Of a stretch of DNA of 64,000 bases, positions 45,401 through 55,000 are shown in pieces. The notes beneath the pieces were generated by a model that saw nothing but the letters and a program-made list of their open reading frames with translations, made no database searches and had not been told where the DNA came from. The position numbers were made by a program, and so were the translations under genes. Source of the DNA: Candidatus Avirikenella pullistercoris (GTDB taxonomy: Bacteria; Bacteroidota; Bacteroidia; Bacteroidales; Rikenellaceae); contig DVIX01000001.1 in assembly GCA_018710935.1 (NCBI GenBank), forward strand, positions 1,406 through 65,405, read 5' to 3'. Positions within the stretch are counted from its first letter, which is position 1, and every line of letters starts with the position of its first letter.

Positions 45401-47755
45401 ATGAAGAAAATCGAAATAAAGAATAAGAAACGTTTTTTGTGGATTTTTTGGGGAATTATCGTTACTCCGGTAGCGGCAATGCTGATTCTGTTGTTGTGCG
45501 TGTGGGGCGGGGCATTCGGGGAATTGCCTACGTTTGAGGAACTTGAAAATCCGAAAAGCAATATTTCTACTGAAATTATCTCTGAAGACGGAGTACAGTT
45601 GGGGAGTTTCTTTATTGAAAACCGTTCTTTTGTGGATTATAAAGACCTTTCTTCGAATTTGGTGGCTGCTCTCGTCGCTACGGAAGACAGCCGTTTTTAT
45701 AGCCATTCGGGTATCGATTTCAAAGGGCTTTTTCGGGTGGCGATTAAAACGATTTTGCTGGGGCAGGCACAGGGAGGAGGGAGTACAATCTCACAACAGT
45801 TGGCAAAGAATCTTTATCCCCGCGATACGACCGTTTACCGTTCTTCCATAGCCCGTAACTCCAAGTTGGTGATAGCTAAACTGAAAGAATGGATTACGGC
45901 CGTGATGCTGGAACATAACTATACCAAAGAGGAGATATTGGTAATGTACCTGAATGTGGTGGGGTACGGCAGTAATGCGTTCGGTATCAAATCGGCATCC
46001 CAGACTTTTTTCGGGAAATTACCCAAAGATTTGACGGTAGAGGAAGCGGCTATGTTGGTAGGGGTAGTGAATGCTCCTACGCGGTATAGTCCTATACGGA
46101 ATCCGGAAAATGCGTTGAGGCGCCGTAATACCGTAATTAACCGGATGGCTGCCAATAGTTTCATAACGCAGGAACAGGCGGATTCCCTTTCCCGCATTCC
46201 GATTACTTTGAATTATCAGCCTATTTCGCATGACGAAGGAACAGCAACCTATTTCCGTACGATGGTGCGCCTTTATATGACGGCGTCGGAACCCCAACGG
46301 ACTCCTTATATTACCGAGTGGGATTACCAACAGTTGTTGGATAAATGGAACAATGATCCGTTGTACGGTTGGTGCAATAAGAACCTGAAAGCCGATGGAA
46401 CCAAATACAACCTGTATAGGGACGGGTTGAGAATTTATACGACCTTGAATTCCAAAATGCAAGAATATGCGGAACAGGCGGTTTATGAAAATCTTGCTAA
46501 ATCGGTACAACCCCGCTTCGACCGGGAAAAGAAAGCCCGGGGAACGATTTTTTCCAATATAACGAAAGAGGAAGAACAGGCTATTATTTTGAGGTCGATG
46601 AAACAGACCGAACGTTATCGTGTGTTGAAAAACGAGGGACTTTCCGAAGATAGGATCCTTGCCAATTTCAGAACGCCGACCGAAATGACTGTTTTTACCT
46701 ATGCGAATAAGAATGGGAAAGATACGGTGATGACTCCTTATGATTCGATTCTTTACGCTAAATCGTTCCTGCGTTCCGGATTGGTTGCCGTAGAACCGTC
46801 GTCCGGTTATATTAAGGCTTACGTAGGGGGTGTCAATTATAAATTTTTCATGTACGATATGGCCAGTCAGGGAAGGCGCCAGGCCGGTTCCACTTTCAAA
46901 CCGTTCATCTATACTTTTGCCATAGACCAGTTGGGGCTCTCTCCTTGTACGCAGGTTCCCAATTCTCCGGTAACGGTCGATGGCTGGAGTCCGAAAGAAG
47001 CGGGTAAAGTGGAACAGATAGGTGAATTAAGGCCGTTGTGGTGGGGACTTGCCATGAGCCGTAACAACTTCTCGGCATGGATTATGAAACAGGCGAACCA
47101 ACCTACTGCCGTGGCCGATCTGGTACATCGGCTGGGAATTAAAAGTTTTGTCGATCCTACTCCGGCAATGTGTTTGGGAACGGCCGATGTGACTTTGCTC
47201 GAAATGGTGAGTGCCTATTCTAATTTCGTAAATATGGGCGTACATATAGAACCTATCTTCGTAACGCGTATAGAAGACCGTCATGGTAATATATTGGCGA
47301 CTTTTGCTCCACAGAGTTATGATGCCATATCCCAACAAAGCGCTTTCGATATGCTCGGAATGCTGCAAAATGTGGTGAATAAAGGTACGGCAGGGCGTCT
47401 TCGTTGGAGTTACCAGTTTGTCGGGGAACTCGGCGGAAAGACCGGTACGACCGATAATAATTCCGATGCATGGTTTATCGGGATAGCACCTAAAATCGTG
47501 GTGGGAACATGGGTTGGCGGAGAAGATCGAAGCATCCATCTTTCAAGTGCCGGCGAAGGTTCTGTCGTGGCGCTTCCGACATTCGGCCTGTTTATGCAGA
47601 AAGTGTATGCAGATCCTGCTATCGGAGTATCCGAAAAAGATGTGTTTGTAAAACCGGCCGGAGTGGAGCGTTTCGATTGCGAAAGCAGTGGAGGGGAGAT
47701 AGAGTCTGAAACTGTAAATAGGCTGAGTATCGACGATGATGAATTTTTTCAGTAA
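45401..47755 (+). CDS. mrcA: Class A penicillin-binding protein (PBP1A; glycosyltransferase GT51 plus transpeptidase)
   Basis: GT51 motifs EDSRFYSHSGID and GGSTISQQLAKN. Transpeptidase motifs STFK (GSTFKPF), SRN and KTGTT. Confidence 0.92.
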   Translation: MKKIEIKNKKRFLWIFWGIIVTPVAAMLILLLCVWGGAFGELPTFEELENPKSNISTEIISEDGVQLGSFFIENRSFVDYKDLSSNLVAALVATEDSRFYSHSGIDFKGLFRVAIKTILLGQAQGGGSTISQQLAKNLYPRDTTVYRSSIARNSKLVIAKLKEWITAVMLEHNYTKEEILVMYLNVVGYGSNAFGIKSASQTFFGKLPKDLTVEEAAMLVGVVNAPTRYSPIRNPENALRRRNTVINRMAANSFITQEQADSLSRIPITLNYQPISHDEGTATYFRTMVRLYMTASEPQRTPYITEWDYQQLLDKWNNDPLYGWCNKNLKADGTKYNLYRDGLRIYTTLNSKMQEYAEQAVYENLAKSVQPRFDREKKARGTIFSNITKEEEQAIILRSMKQTERYRVLKNEGLSEDRILANFRTPTEMTVFTYANKNGKDTVMTPYDSILYAKSFLRSGLVAVEPSSGYIKAYVGGVNYKFFMYDMASQGRRQAGSTFKPFIYTFAIDQLGLSPCTQVPNSPVTVDGWSPKEAGKVEQIGELRPLWWGLAMSRNNFSAWIMKQANQPTAVADLVHRLGIKSFVDPTPAMCLGTADVTLLEMVSAYSNFVNMGVHIEPIFVTRIEDRHGNILATFAPQSYDAISQQSAFDMLGMLQNVVNKGTAGRLRWSYQFVGELGGKTGTTDNNSDAWFIGIAPKIVVGTWVGGEDRSIHLSSAGEGSVVALPTFGLFMQKVYADPAIGVSEKDVFVKPAGVERFDCESSGGEIESETVNRLSIDDDEFFQ

Positions 47756-47784
47756 ATAACGGATAAAAATAAAATATTGAATAG

Positions 47785-48798
47785 ATGAATATAGCGATTG
47801 TAGGAGCGAGTGGAGCCGTAGGACAAGAGTTTCTGCGCGTACTCGAAGAACAGAATTTTCCCGTCGATAACCTTTTATTATTCGGTTCCCAACGGAGTGC
47901 CGGAACTACATATCGTTTTCGGGGACAGGAGATAACCGTAAAATTGCTTCAACACAACGACGATTTTAAAGGGGTGGATATTGCTTTTACTTCTGCCGGA
48001 GCAGGGACTTCCAAAGAGTTTGCAGAAACGATTACCAAGCATGGTACGCTTATGATCGATAATTCCAGTGCTTTCCGAATGGATGCGGACGTACCTTTGG
48101 TGGTTCCGGAAGTAAATCCGGAAGATGCATTGAATACGCCCCGCCGCATTATCGCTAATCCGAATTGTACGACTATACAAATGGTGGTAGCCCTGAAAGC
48201 GATTGAAAACCTGTCTCATATCAAACGGGTGCATGTTTCTACTTATCAAGCTGCAAGTGGAGCGGGTGCTTCCGCTATGGCCGAGCTGGAACACCAGTAC
48301 GGGCAGATACTTGCCGGAGAAGAACCTACCGTGGAAAAATTCGCTTATCAGCTCGCTTATAACCTGATTCCCCATGTAGATATATTTATGGATAACGGTT
48401 ATACCAAAGAGGAGATGAAAATGTATAATGAAACGCGGAAGATTATGCATTCGGATGTGGAAGTGAGTGCGACTTGTGTACGGGTACCCGTTATGCGTGC
48501 CCATTCCGAAAGCGTATGGGTGGAAACGGAACGTCCCATATCGGTAGAAGAAGCCCGCAGAGCGTTTGCCGGAGCGAAAGGTGTGGTGTTGATGGATAAT
48601 CCGGAAAAGAAAGAGTATCCGATGCCGTTGTTCCTGACCGGTAAAGATCCTGTGTATGTAGGGCGTATCCGTTCAGACCTTTCTAATCCCAATGGGCTTA
48701 CGTTCTGGTGTGTCAGCGACCAGATAAAGAAAGGGGCTGCTCTGAATGCCGTACAGATTGCCCAAAGCCTTATCGAACAGGGTGTTTTTAAAAAATAG
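47785..48798 (+). CDS. asd: Aspartate-semialdehyde dehydrogenase
   Basis: NAD(P)-binding [11 protein letters not shown], active-site Cys in [10 protein letters not shown], and catalytic His region ([11 protein letters not shown]). Confidence 0.93.
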   Translation: MNIAIVGASGAVGQEFLRVLEEQNFPVDNLLLFGSQRSAGTTYRFRGQEITVKLLQHNDDFKGVDIAFTSAGAGTSKEFAETITKHGTLMIDNSSAFRMDADVPLVVPEVNPEDALNTPRRIIANPNCTTIQMVVALKAIENLSHIKRVHVSTYQAASGAGASAMAELEHQYGQILAGEEPTVEKFAYQLAYNLIPHVDIFMDNGYTKEEMKMYNETRKIMHSDVEVSATCVRVPVMRAHSESVWVETERPISVEEARRAFAGAKGVVLMDNPEKKEYPMPLFLTGKDPVYVGRIRSDLSNPNGLTFWCVSDQIKKGAALNAVQIAQSLIEQGVFKK

Positions 48799-48963
48799 GG
48801 CAAAAAGAGGAGTATTGAGAAAATAAAAACAGAAAAAAATAGGAATCCGAATACTATTTTATCGGCTTTTTACGTTCTATTAAAGATGGCTTTGCTTTAA
48901 AAGCGCCTGTTTTGATAGAAAAAGGCAGAAATGCTGTATAACATAGAGGATTTTATAAAATAT

Positions 48964-49008
48964 AAGGTAAGTTCTGTGGAGAATATCCGCAGGTACTTGC
49001 CTTTTTTT
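48964..49008 (+). terminator. Strong hairpin plus U-tract about 165 nt downstream of asd
   Basis: Outer stem: AAGGTAAGT (48964-48972) pairs with ACTTGCCTT (48995-49003), with one G-U pair. Inner stem: CTGTGGA pairs with TCCGCAG. The hairpin is followed by T7. Confidence 0.6.
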
Positions 49009-49091
49009 ATGCGGAATGCCGGAATACCGTAGGAAAAGAGAGAGTGTAACGAGTTTAGTAATAATATTTTGACGATTAAAAACGTTTTATA

Positions 49092-49099
49092 TATATTTG
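49092..49099 (+). promoter_or_regulatory. Bacteroidota -7 promoter motif (TAnnTTTG) for the MBL-fold gene
   Basis: TATATTTG lies 38 nt upstream of the ATG at 49137. Confidence 0.45.
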
Positions 49100-49136
49100 C
49101 AGGCCATTTTAAAAGAACTAAAGTTTAATTTTATAT

Positions 49137-50120
49137 ATGAGTAACGTAACATACCGTAAAAACGAAGACCTTAAAGTAATTAAAGAGGGATGGCGTGGAA
49201 ACAGGGTAGAGAAGGGACGTTTCATCAATTTGGAAGCTCATGTCAAACATGGCGTAGGAAGTGTTTTAAAATGGCGGTTGTCAAGGAATCCGCAGTGGAA
49301 AGAGAAAAAAGAGGAACGCTGGGATCCGGAAATCGTACCGTTGGAATCCATAGATTCGATTTATAGAAATGCATTGGTTTGGTTGGGACATAATTCGTTT
49401 TACATGTATTTGGGAGGGAAAAGAATTATGTTCGATCCGGTATTCGGAAATATTCCGTTTGTAAAACGCAGGAGCAAAATGCCGGCGAATCCGGATATTT
49501 TTCAGAATATCGATTATCTGTTGTTGAGTCATGACCATTATGATCACATGGATAAGAAAAGCGTGAAGAAAGTATGTCAGAACAGTCCGGAACTGACGGT
49601 TATCTGCGGTTTGGGCGTGGGCGAACTGATTAAACAATGGTCTCCGAAAACAAGAGTTATCGAATGCGGTTGGTATCAGCAGGTAGAGGAACAAGGGCTG
49701 AAAATTACTTTTATGCCCTGCCAGCATTGGGGGAAACGGTCGGCATCCGATGGAGGAACCCGTTTGTGGGGGGCTTTTATGGTACAGGATAGCGATTTAT
49801 CTATTTATTATAGCGGAGATACGGGGTACGGGAAGCATTTCGCTGAAATCAAACATCTTTTCGGAGAACCCCATTATGCCATGTTGGGAATAGGCGCTTA
49901 TAAACCTCGTTGGTTTATGCAGCCGAATCATATTTCTCCTTATGAAGCATTGGATGCCTCTGCCGAAATGGGGGCTCAAATGACGATTCCGATGCATTAT
50001 GGGACTTTTGATTTGTCGGATGAACCGTTTAGCGATCCTCCTACCGTATTTGCGAAAGAAGCGGAAGAACGAGATATCAGAATCAACATTCCAAAGTTGG
50101 GAGAGGTGGTTTACCTCTAA
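49137..50120 (+). CDS. MBL-fold metallo-hydrolase (NAPE-PLD-like subgroup)
   Basis: Metallo-beta-lactamase metal motif LLSHDHYDHMD (HxHxDH), with downstream His/Asp ligands (CQHWG, SGDTGY). Confidence 0.8.
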   Translation: MSNVTYRKNEDLKVIKEGWRGNRVEKGRFINLEAHVKHGVGSVLKWRLSRNPQWKEKKEERWDPEIVPLESIDSIYRNALVWLGHNSFYMYLGGKRIMFDPVFGNIPFVKRRSKMPANPDIFQNIDYLLLSHDHYDHMDKKSVKKVCQNSPELTVICGLGVGELIKQWSPKTRVIECGWYQQVEEQGLKITFMPCQHWGKRSASDGGTRLWGAFMVQDSDLSIYYSGDTGYGKHFAEIKHLFGEPHYAMLGIGAYKPRWFMQPNHISPYEALDASAEMGAQMTIPMHYGTFDLSDEPFSDPPTVFAKEAEERDIRINIPKLGEVVYL

Positions 50121-50127
50121 GAGATAA

Positions 50128-50154
50128 AGGGCGCGGAAGCGCTCTTTTTATTTT
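50128..50154 (+). terminator. Intrinsic terminator of the MBL-fold gene
   Basis: AGGGCGC-GGAA-GCGCTCT forms a 7-bp stem with a GNRA-like tetraloop, followed by TTTTATTTT. It begins 8 nt after the stop codon. Confidence 0.75.
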
Positions 50155-50401
50155 AAACGGGAGGAAAAATGGGAGAGAGGCGGTAAACGGCAAAACGGTA
50201 AAAGAATAAAACGATACGTAACAAAGTGGAATAAGGGGAAAAAGATGAAAGGAAAGCAAAAATAGATTGTCCGTTTTTGCAGTAATTCTATGTTTTTTGT
50301 GGAATAAAAGTTGAATTTGAATTGTTATTTTTCTTTTTTTCAGAGAGATAACGTTAACTTTGTTGTATTCGGCATTTTAGGCCTGTTTTAATTTTTGCGG
50401 T

Positions 50402-50947
50402 ATGAAAAAGATAAAAGTCATTTTGGCCGGATTGGTTTTGTCGTTATATGCCGGTGACGGTTTTGCGCAGGAAAAAACGAATAATATAGAGGGAAAGAAA
50501 GTGGCTCCTGTGGAAATTCGCGATGACCGGAACAACCCTTTGATGCTGCCGCGTCTGGGGGAAACCAATTTATTGATATTTTATGTCGATCCTGACCATG
50601 CAGGACAGAATAAGGAGTTTATGGACTATTTGGAACAACATTCCATTCTTTGTTCGACAATCGACTCTTACGGCGTAGTTAATCTGGAGGATGCCCCTTT
50701 GCTGCCGAACGGGATTATCCGTTCGATTGTCCGGAAAAAGAGCAAATCGACCGGGGGAGTAATCTATTTCGATCCGGATTATTCTCTGCGTGACGGTTGG
50801 GGAATGGGAGATGTCAACAATAAATTTATTTTGATTTTTGTTAATAAGGATTGCGTTGTGGAGTTCTTCCGGTATGGGGATTTTACGGAAAAAGATATAA
50901 CCGATTTTTATAAGGTGGTGGATAAATATTATACAAAGGATGAGTAA
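50402..50947 (+). CDS. Secreted YtfJ-family-like protein (function unknown)
   Basis: Signal peptide (LSLYAGDGFA/QE). Length and block pattern resemble E. coli YtfJ (…VVNLEDAPLLPNGIIRS…, …ILIFVNKDCVVEFFRYGDFTEKD…). The similarity is judged from memory only. Confidence 0.4.
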   Translation: MKKIKVILAGLVLSLYAGDGFAQEKTNNIEGKKVAPVEIRDDRNNPLMLPRLGETNLLIFYVDPDHAGQNKEFMDYLEQHSILCSTIDSYGVVNLEDAPLLPNGIIRSIVRKKSKSTGGVIYFDPDYSLRDGWGMGDVNNKFILIFVNKDCVVEFFRYGDFTEKDITDFYKVVDKYYTKDE

Positions 50948-51072
50948 ACGTGCGGTCTTTCGGATATCTTGACCGGAAGAAGGAAGATATGTGCATAGTG
51001 GATGCGGAAATAAATGAAGCAACATTTGTAAAAATTGAGGATTAAACACTACCTTTACACAAATTTTTCGAG

Positions 51073-51807
51073 ATGAACAAGTCTGCAAATTACTACTTTA
51101 CCATTGTTGTTCCGGTATATAATGAAGAAGACAACATTTACGCTTTAGAAAAAAGTTTGCAAGCGTTTTTACCGAAATCGCTTTATCCGGCCTGCGTATT
51201 GTTTGTGAACGACGGTTCGAAAGATAACAGCGAAAAATTGATAAAAGAGGTGTGTGAACGGAACTCCGATTTTTTCTATTTGAGCCTGAAACGGAATGGC
51301 GGCCTGAGCGCTGCCATGAAAGCGGGAATAGATGCCGCCTGTTCTCCTTATGTCGGATATATGGATGCCGATTTGCAAACGACTCCTGAAGATTTCAATC
51401 TTTTGTTGCCTCATTTGAAAGATTATGAGATTGTGATGGGAATTCGGGCTAATCGTAAGGATTCATTCGTAAAAAATCTTTCATCTAAAATAGCGAATGG
51501 TTTCCGCCGTTTTATGACTAAAGACGGGGTAGCGGATACCGGTTGTCCCTTGAAAGTAATTCGTACCGATTATGCTAAGCGGATTCCTTTCTTTACCGGG
51601 ATGCACCGTTTTCTGCCTGCGCTTATTTTATTACAGAACGGCCGGATAAAACAGGTGCCTGTACGGCATTTCCCCCGTGTGGCCGGACAGTCGAAATATC
51701 ATTTGTGGAACCGGTTGGTGTCGCCTTTTATGGATTGTTTCGCCTATCGTTGGATGAAAAAACGGTATATTAATTACGAAGTGGGTGAAAATAACTTGAA
51801 TGAATAG
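51073..51807 (+). CDS. GT2-family polyprenyl-phosphate glycosyltransferase (ArnC/GtrB/DPM1-like)
   Basis: N-terminal VVPVYNEEDNI, VNDGSKDNS and the DxD in YMDADLQTTPED. One or two C-terminal hydrophobic segments, as in ArnC/GtrB. Confidence 0.88.
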   Translation: MNKSANYYFTIVVPVYNEEDNIYALEKSLQAFLPKSLYPACVLFVNDGSKDNSEKLIKEVCERNSDFFYLSLKRNGGLSAAMKAGIDAACSPYVGYMDADLQTTPEDFNLLLPHLKDYEIVMGIRANRKDSFVKNLSSKIANGFRRFMTKDGVADTGCPLKVIRTDYAKRIPFFTGMHRFLPALILLQNGRIKQVPVRHFPRVAGQSKYHLWNRLVSPFMDCFAYRWMKKRYINYEVGENNLNE

Positions 51808-51810
51808 GTT

Positions 51811-52437
51811 ATGGTATATGTGATAGGATTCCTTGCCCAACTGTTCTTCTCTGCCCGCGTTATTTTTCAGTGGATTCTGTCGGAGCGGGCAAAAAAAGTC
51901 GTATCGCCTTCCATTTATTGGATATTGAGTATTGCGGGAGCATACCTGCTGTTTATATACGGTTGGTTCAGGCACGATTTCGCTATTATTTTCGGACAGA
52001 CCATTTCTTATTATATCTATATTTGGAATCTGAAAGAAAAAGGCGTGTGGGGAGGGTTATTCCCGTTGCTGAAAGCGTTGTTGGTATTTGTGCCGCCCAT
52101 ATTTATCGTTTTAGGAGCCTTTCATGACGGAGACTCTTTCGTGAACGATTTTTTAAAGAATGAAACGGTCCCTTTATGGCTCTTACTGTATGGTTCGGCC
52201 GGGCAGGTACTCTTTACGATGCGTTTCATCTATCAATGGTATTACTCCCGTAAACGGAAAGAATCCATTCTTCCGGTAGGATTCTGGATAATCAGTCTGT
52301 TGGGTTCGGCGGCAATCGTTTCTTACGGGTTCATCCGTAAAGATCCGGTGTTGATATTGGGACAGTCTGTCGGATTCATTGCTTATATCCGCAACATTAT
52401 GATATTCCGGAAAGCAGATAAACAAGTAAACGAATGA
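51811..52437 (+). CDS. Tandem lipid-A-biosynthesis-N-terminal-domain (LAB_N) membrane protein, predicted 7 TM helices
   Basis: Clear internal duplication: AQLFFSARVIFQWILSERAKKVVSPSIYWILSIAGAYLLFIYGWFRHDFAIIFGQ matches GQVLFTMRFIYQWYYSRKRKESILPVGFWIISLLGSAAIVSYGFIRKDPVLILGQ. Each repeat has 3 TM helices and a single TM helix links them. Confidence 0.75.
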   Translation: MVYVIGFLAQLFFSARVIFQWILSERAKKVVSPSIYWILSIAGAYLLFIYGWFRHDFAIIFGQTISYYIYIWNLKEKGVWGGLFPLLKALLVFVPPIFIVLGAFHDGDSFVNDFLKNETVPLWLLLYGSAGQVLFTMRFIYQWYYSRKRKESILPVGFWIISLLGSAAIVSYGFIRKDPVLILGQSVGFIAYIRNIMIFRKADKQVNE

Positions 52438-53975
52438 AATACAGCCGCTATCTTTTATTGTTTCTCGTATTTATCCCGTTATTGCTGACAAGGGATTTTA
52501 CTCCCGATAACGAGTTGAAATACATGAGTATTGCTGACGAGGCCCTTGCGAACGGTAATTTTTTCGCATTTACGAATCATGGAATTCCTTATGCGGATAA
52601 GCCGCCTCTTTATATCTGGATCGTGATGTTGGGAAAATGGCTTCTCGGTACGCACAGCATGTTTTTTCTGGGATTGTTCTCCCTGTTGCCTGCCTTTGCG
52701 GTTTTGTATGTGATGGACAGGTGGATTCGGAATGAGGTCGATACCCAAAACCGGTTGAGTATTCAACTTAGCCTGATGACTTGCGTCTTTTTTGTCGGTT
52801 CGGCTGTCGTGTTGAGGATGGATATGCTGATGACACTTTTTATCGTGTTGTCGCTTTATACTTTTTACCGGATGTACCGGGATGATGGAAAAGACCGGCG
52901 GAAACAATGGCTGCTCGCTTTTTATATTTTTATGGCGTTGTTTACCAAAGGTCCGGTAGGGCTGTTGATGCCGATTATTTCTATTATTGTTTTCCTACTT
53001 GTCAAGAAGCGGATACGTACTTTGGGGCGTTATCTGGGATGGCGGGTATGGGCGCTTCTGTTCGGTTGCGCCGCCATATGGTTTACCGGCGTTTATATAG
53101 ACGGGGGGAAAGAGTATCTTTATAACCTGGTGTTCAACCAAACAGTGAACAGAGCGGTGGATTCGTTCCATCATAAAGCGCCGTTCTATTATTATTTCGT
53201 TTCTATTTGGTACTCGATGGCTCCTTGGTCGTTATTGTATGCCGTCCTGATTTTTATGGGAATTAAGAAGCGGTTGATAACTACGGATATGGAAAAATTG
53301 TTCGCAGTGGTTTCGGCAACTACTTTCATATTCCTCTCTTTTGTCAGTTCCAAGATACAGATATATATGCTGCCGGCCTATCCGTTTATCGCTTACCTTG
53401 CCGGATTGATGATTCCGAAATTGGAAAAATGGAACGGAGTATTGAAATTTACCGTACTGTTTCCGGCATGTGTGTTCGTTTTCGTATTGCCTGTAGTGCT
53501 TTGTGCTCCCGCATTTATTCCTCCGCAATATTTAGTGCTGCCGGTATATATCGGGGCGGCGTGTTTTACGGCCGGCTCATTGGTTGCATTTTATTTCTTT
53601 TTCCGGAAAAAGAATATGGCTGCAGTTATAAACTCTGTGTGCGGCGGGATGTTGGCTGCAGTGTTCGCTGCCTCTTTTGCCGTTCCTTCCCTGAATCCGG
53701 AACTCGGTTTTAAAGCTATGGCTGACCAGGCGCAGGCAGTTGCCCGGGAAAATGGGATTCGGCAATATTCTTATTACAATGTGAGAAGTGCGGAAAATAT
53801 GGATGTATATCTGCATCAACCGTTGATAGCTTTGGAAAAGGATGAATTGGACGAAGCGAACGGTACCATTCTGTTTTTGAGAAGCAGGGATATAGATAGG
53901 GAACCGGAAGTAAAAGCCGTTGTCGAAGGGAAAGAGCAATATCGGTTCGGTTCTTGGTTATTTATCGTTTTATAA
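52434..53975 (+). CDS. GT-C fold glycosyltransferase, ArnT/PMT-like (GT39/GT83)
   Basis: 513 aa with about 12 TM helices. The first periplasmic loop has YADKPPLYIW (the ArnT/PMT-type acidic loop motif). ATGA overlap with the upstream gene. Confidence 0.8.
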   Translation: MKYSRYLLLFLVFIPLLLTRDFTPDNELKYMSIADEALANGNFFAFTNHGIPYADKPPLYIWIVMLGKWLLGTHSMFFLGLFSLLPAFAVLYVMDRWIRNEVDTQNRLSIQLSLMTCVFFVGSAVVLRMDMLMTLFIVLSLYTFYRMYRDDGKDRRKQWLLAFYIFMALFTKGPVGLLMPIISIIVFLLVKKRIRTLGRYLGWRVWALLFGCAAIWFTGVYIDGGKEYLYNLVFNQTVNRAVDSFHHKAPFYYYFVSIWYSMAPWSLLYAVLIFMGIKKRLITTDMEKLFAVVSATTFIFLSFVSSKIQIYMLPAYPFIAYLAGLMIPKLEKWNGVLKFTVLFPACVFVFVLPVVLCAPAFIPPQYLVLPVYIGAACFTAGSLVAFYFFFRKKNMAAVINSVCGGMLAAVFAASFAVPSLNPELGFKAMADQAQAVARENGIRQYSYYNVRSAENMDVYLHQPLIALEKDELDEANGTILFLRSRDIDREPEVKAVVEGKEQYRFGSWLFIVL

Positions 53976-53989
53976 TTAAAATAATCGGT

Positions 53990-55000
53990 ATGAAAATATT
54001 GGTTACCGGAAGTGCCGGATTTATCGGGTTTTATTTGGTGAAGAAACTTGCGGAACGCGGAGATGAGGTAGTCGGATTGGATAATATCAACGATTATTAC
54101 GACGTCCGTCTGAAATATTCCCGGCTTGCAGAAACGGGAATCGATAGAAAGGTTATCGAAGAAAAGAAAAGTATACGCAGCGTAATCTATCCCGGTTACC
54201 GTTTTATAAAGGCCGATTTGACCGACCGGGAATTTATCGCCCGATTGATGGAGGAGGAGCGTTTCGATAAGGTGTGCAATTTAGCGGCGCAGGCGGGGGT
54301 TCGCTATTCGATAGAGAATCCGTTTGCCTATATCGATTCCAATATTATCGGATTTATGAATCTGTTGGAGGCATGCCGCCAGTCCGGTATCACTCATTTC
54401 GTATATGCGAGTTCCAGCAGTGTATATGGATTGAATGAAAAGGTCCCTTATTGCGAAACCGACCAGACCGACCGCCCGGTCAGCCTTTATGCCGCAACCA
54501 AAAAGGCGGATGAATTGATGGCGCATGCCTACTCTAAATTATATGGCATTCCTGCTACCGGAGTACGGTTTTTTACCGTATATGGACCGTGGGGACGCCC
54601 GGATATGGCTCCGTTTATGTTTATGAAATCCATTTTGGAAGGAAAAACCATAAAAGTATTCAACAATGGGGACCTTTATCGGGATTTTACCTATATCGAC
54701 GATATTATTGCCGGATTGGTAAAAATTATCGATTCCGTACCGGAAACTCCGATTCCTTACAAAATATATAATATCGGAAACTCTGCTCCGGTGGCTTTGA
54801 TGGATTTTATTTCCACAATAGAAGAAGCGGTGGGCAAACCTGCCGTTAAAGAGATGAAAGGGATGCAGCCGGGTGACGTATATCGGACTTATGCCGATAC
54901 TTCCCGTTTGGAGCGTGATTTCGGATATAAACCTTCGACTGATTTGAAAAAAGGGATTGCGGAGTTATATGAATGGTACAGACGGGAATACGGAGAATAA
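53990..55000 (+). CDS. NAD-dependent SDR epimerase, UDP-glucuronate 4-epimerase type
   Basis: Start chosen at MKILVTGSAGFIGF (Rossmann GxxGxxG). Also LDNINDYYDV, ASSSSVYG and the catalytic YAATKKADE (YxxxK). The overall pattern matches the UDP-GlcA 4-epimerase (Cap1J/LpsL-like) subgroup. Substrate specificity is inferred, not proven. Confidence 0.75.
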   Translation: MKILVTGSAGFIGFYLVKKLAERGDEVVGLDNINDYYDVRLKYSRLAETGIDRKVIEEKKSIRSVIYPGYRFIKADLTDREFIARLMEEERFDKVCNLAAQAGVRYSIENPFAYIDSNIIGFMNLLEACRQSGITHFVYASSSSVYGLNEKVPYCETDQTDRPVSLYAATKKADELMAHAYSKLYGIPATGVRFFTVYGPWGRPDMAPFMFMKSILEGKTIKVFNNGDLYRDFTYIDDIIAGLVKIIDSVPETPIPYKIYNIGNSAPVALMDFISTIEEAVGKPAVKEMKGMQPGDVYRTYADTSRLERDFGYKPSTDLKKGIAELYEWYRREYGE

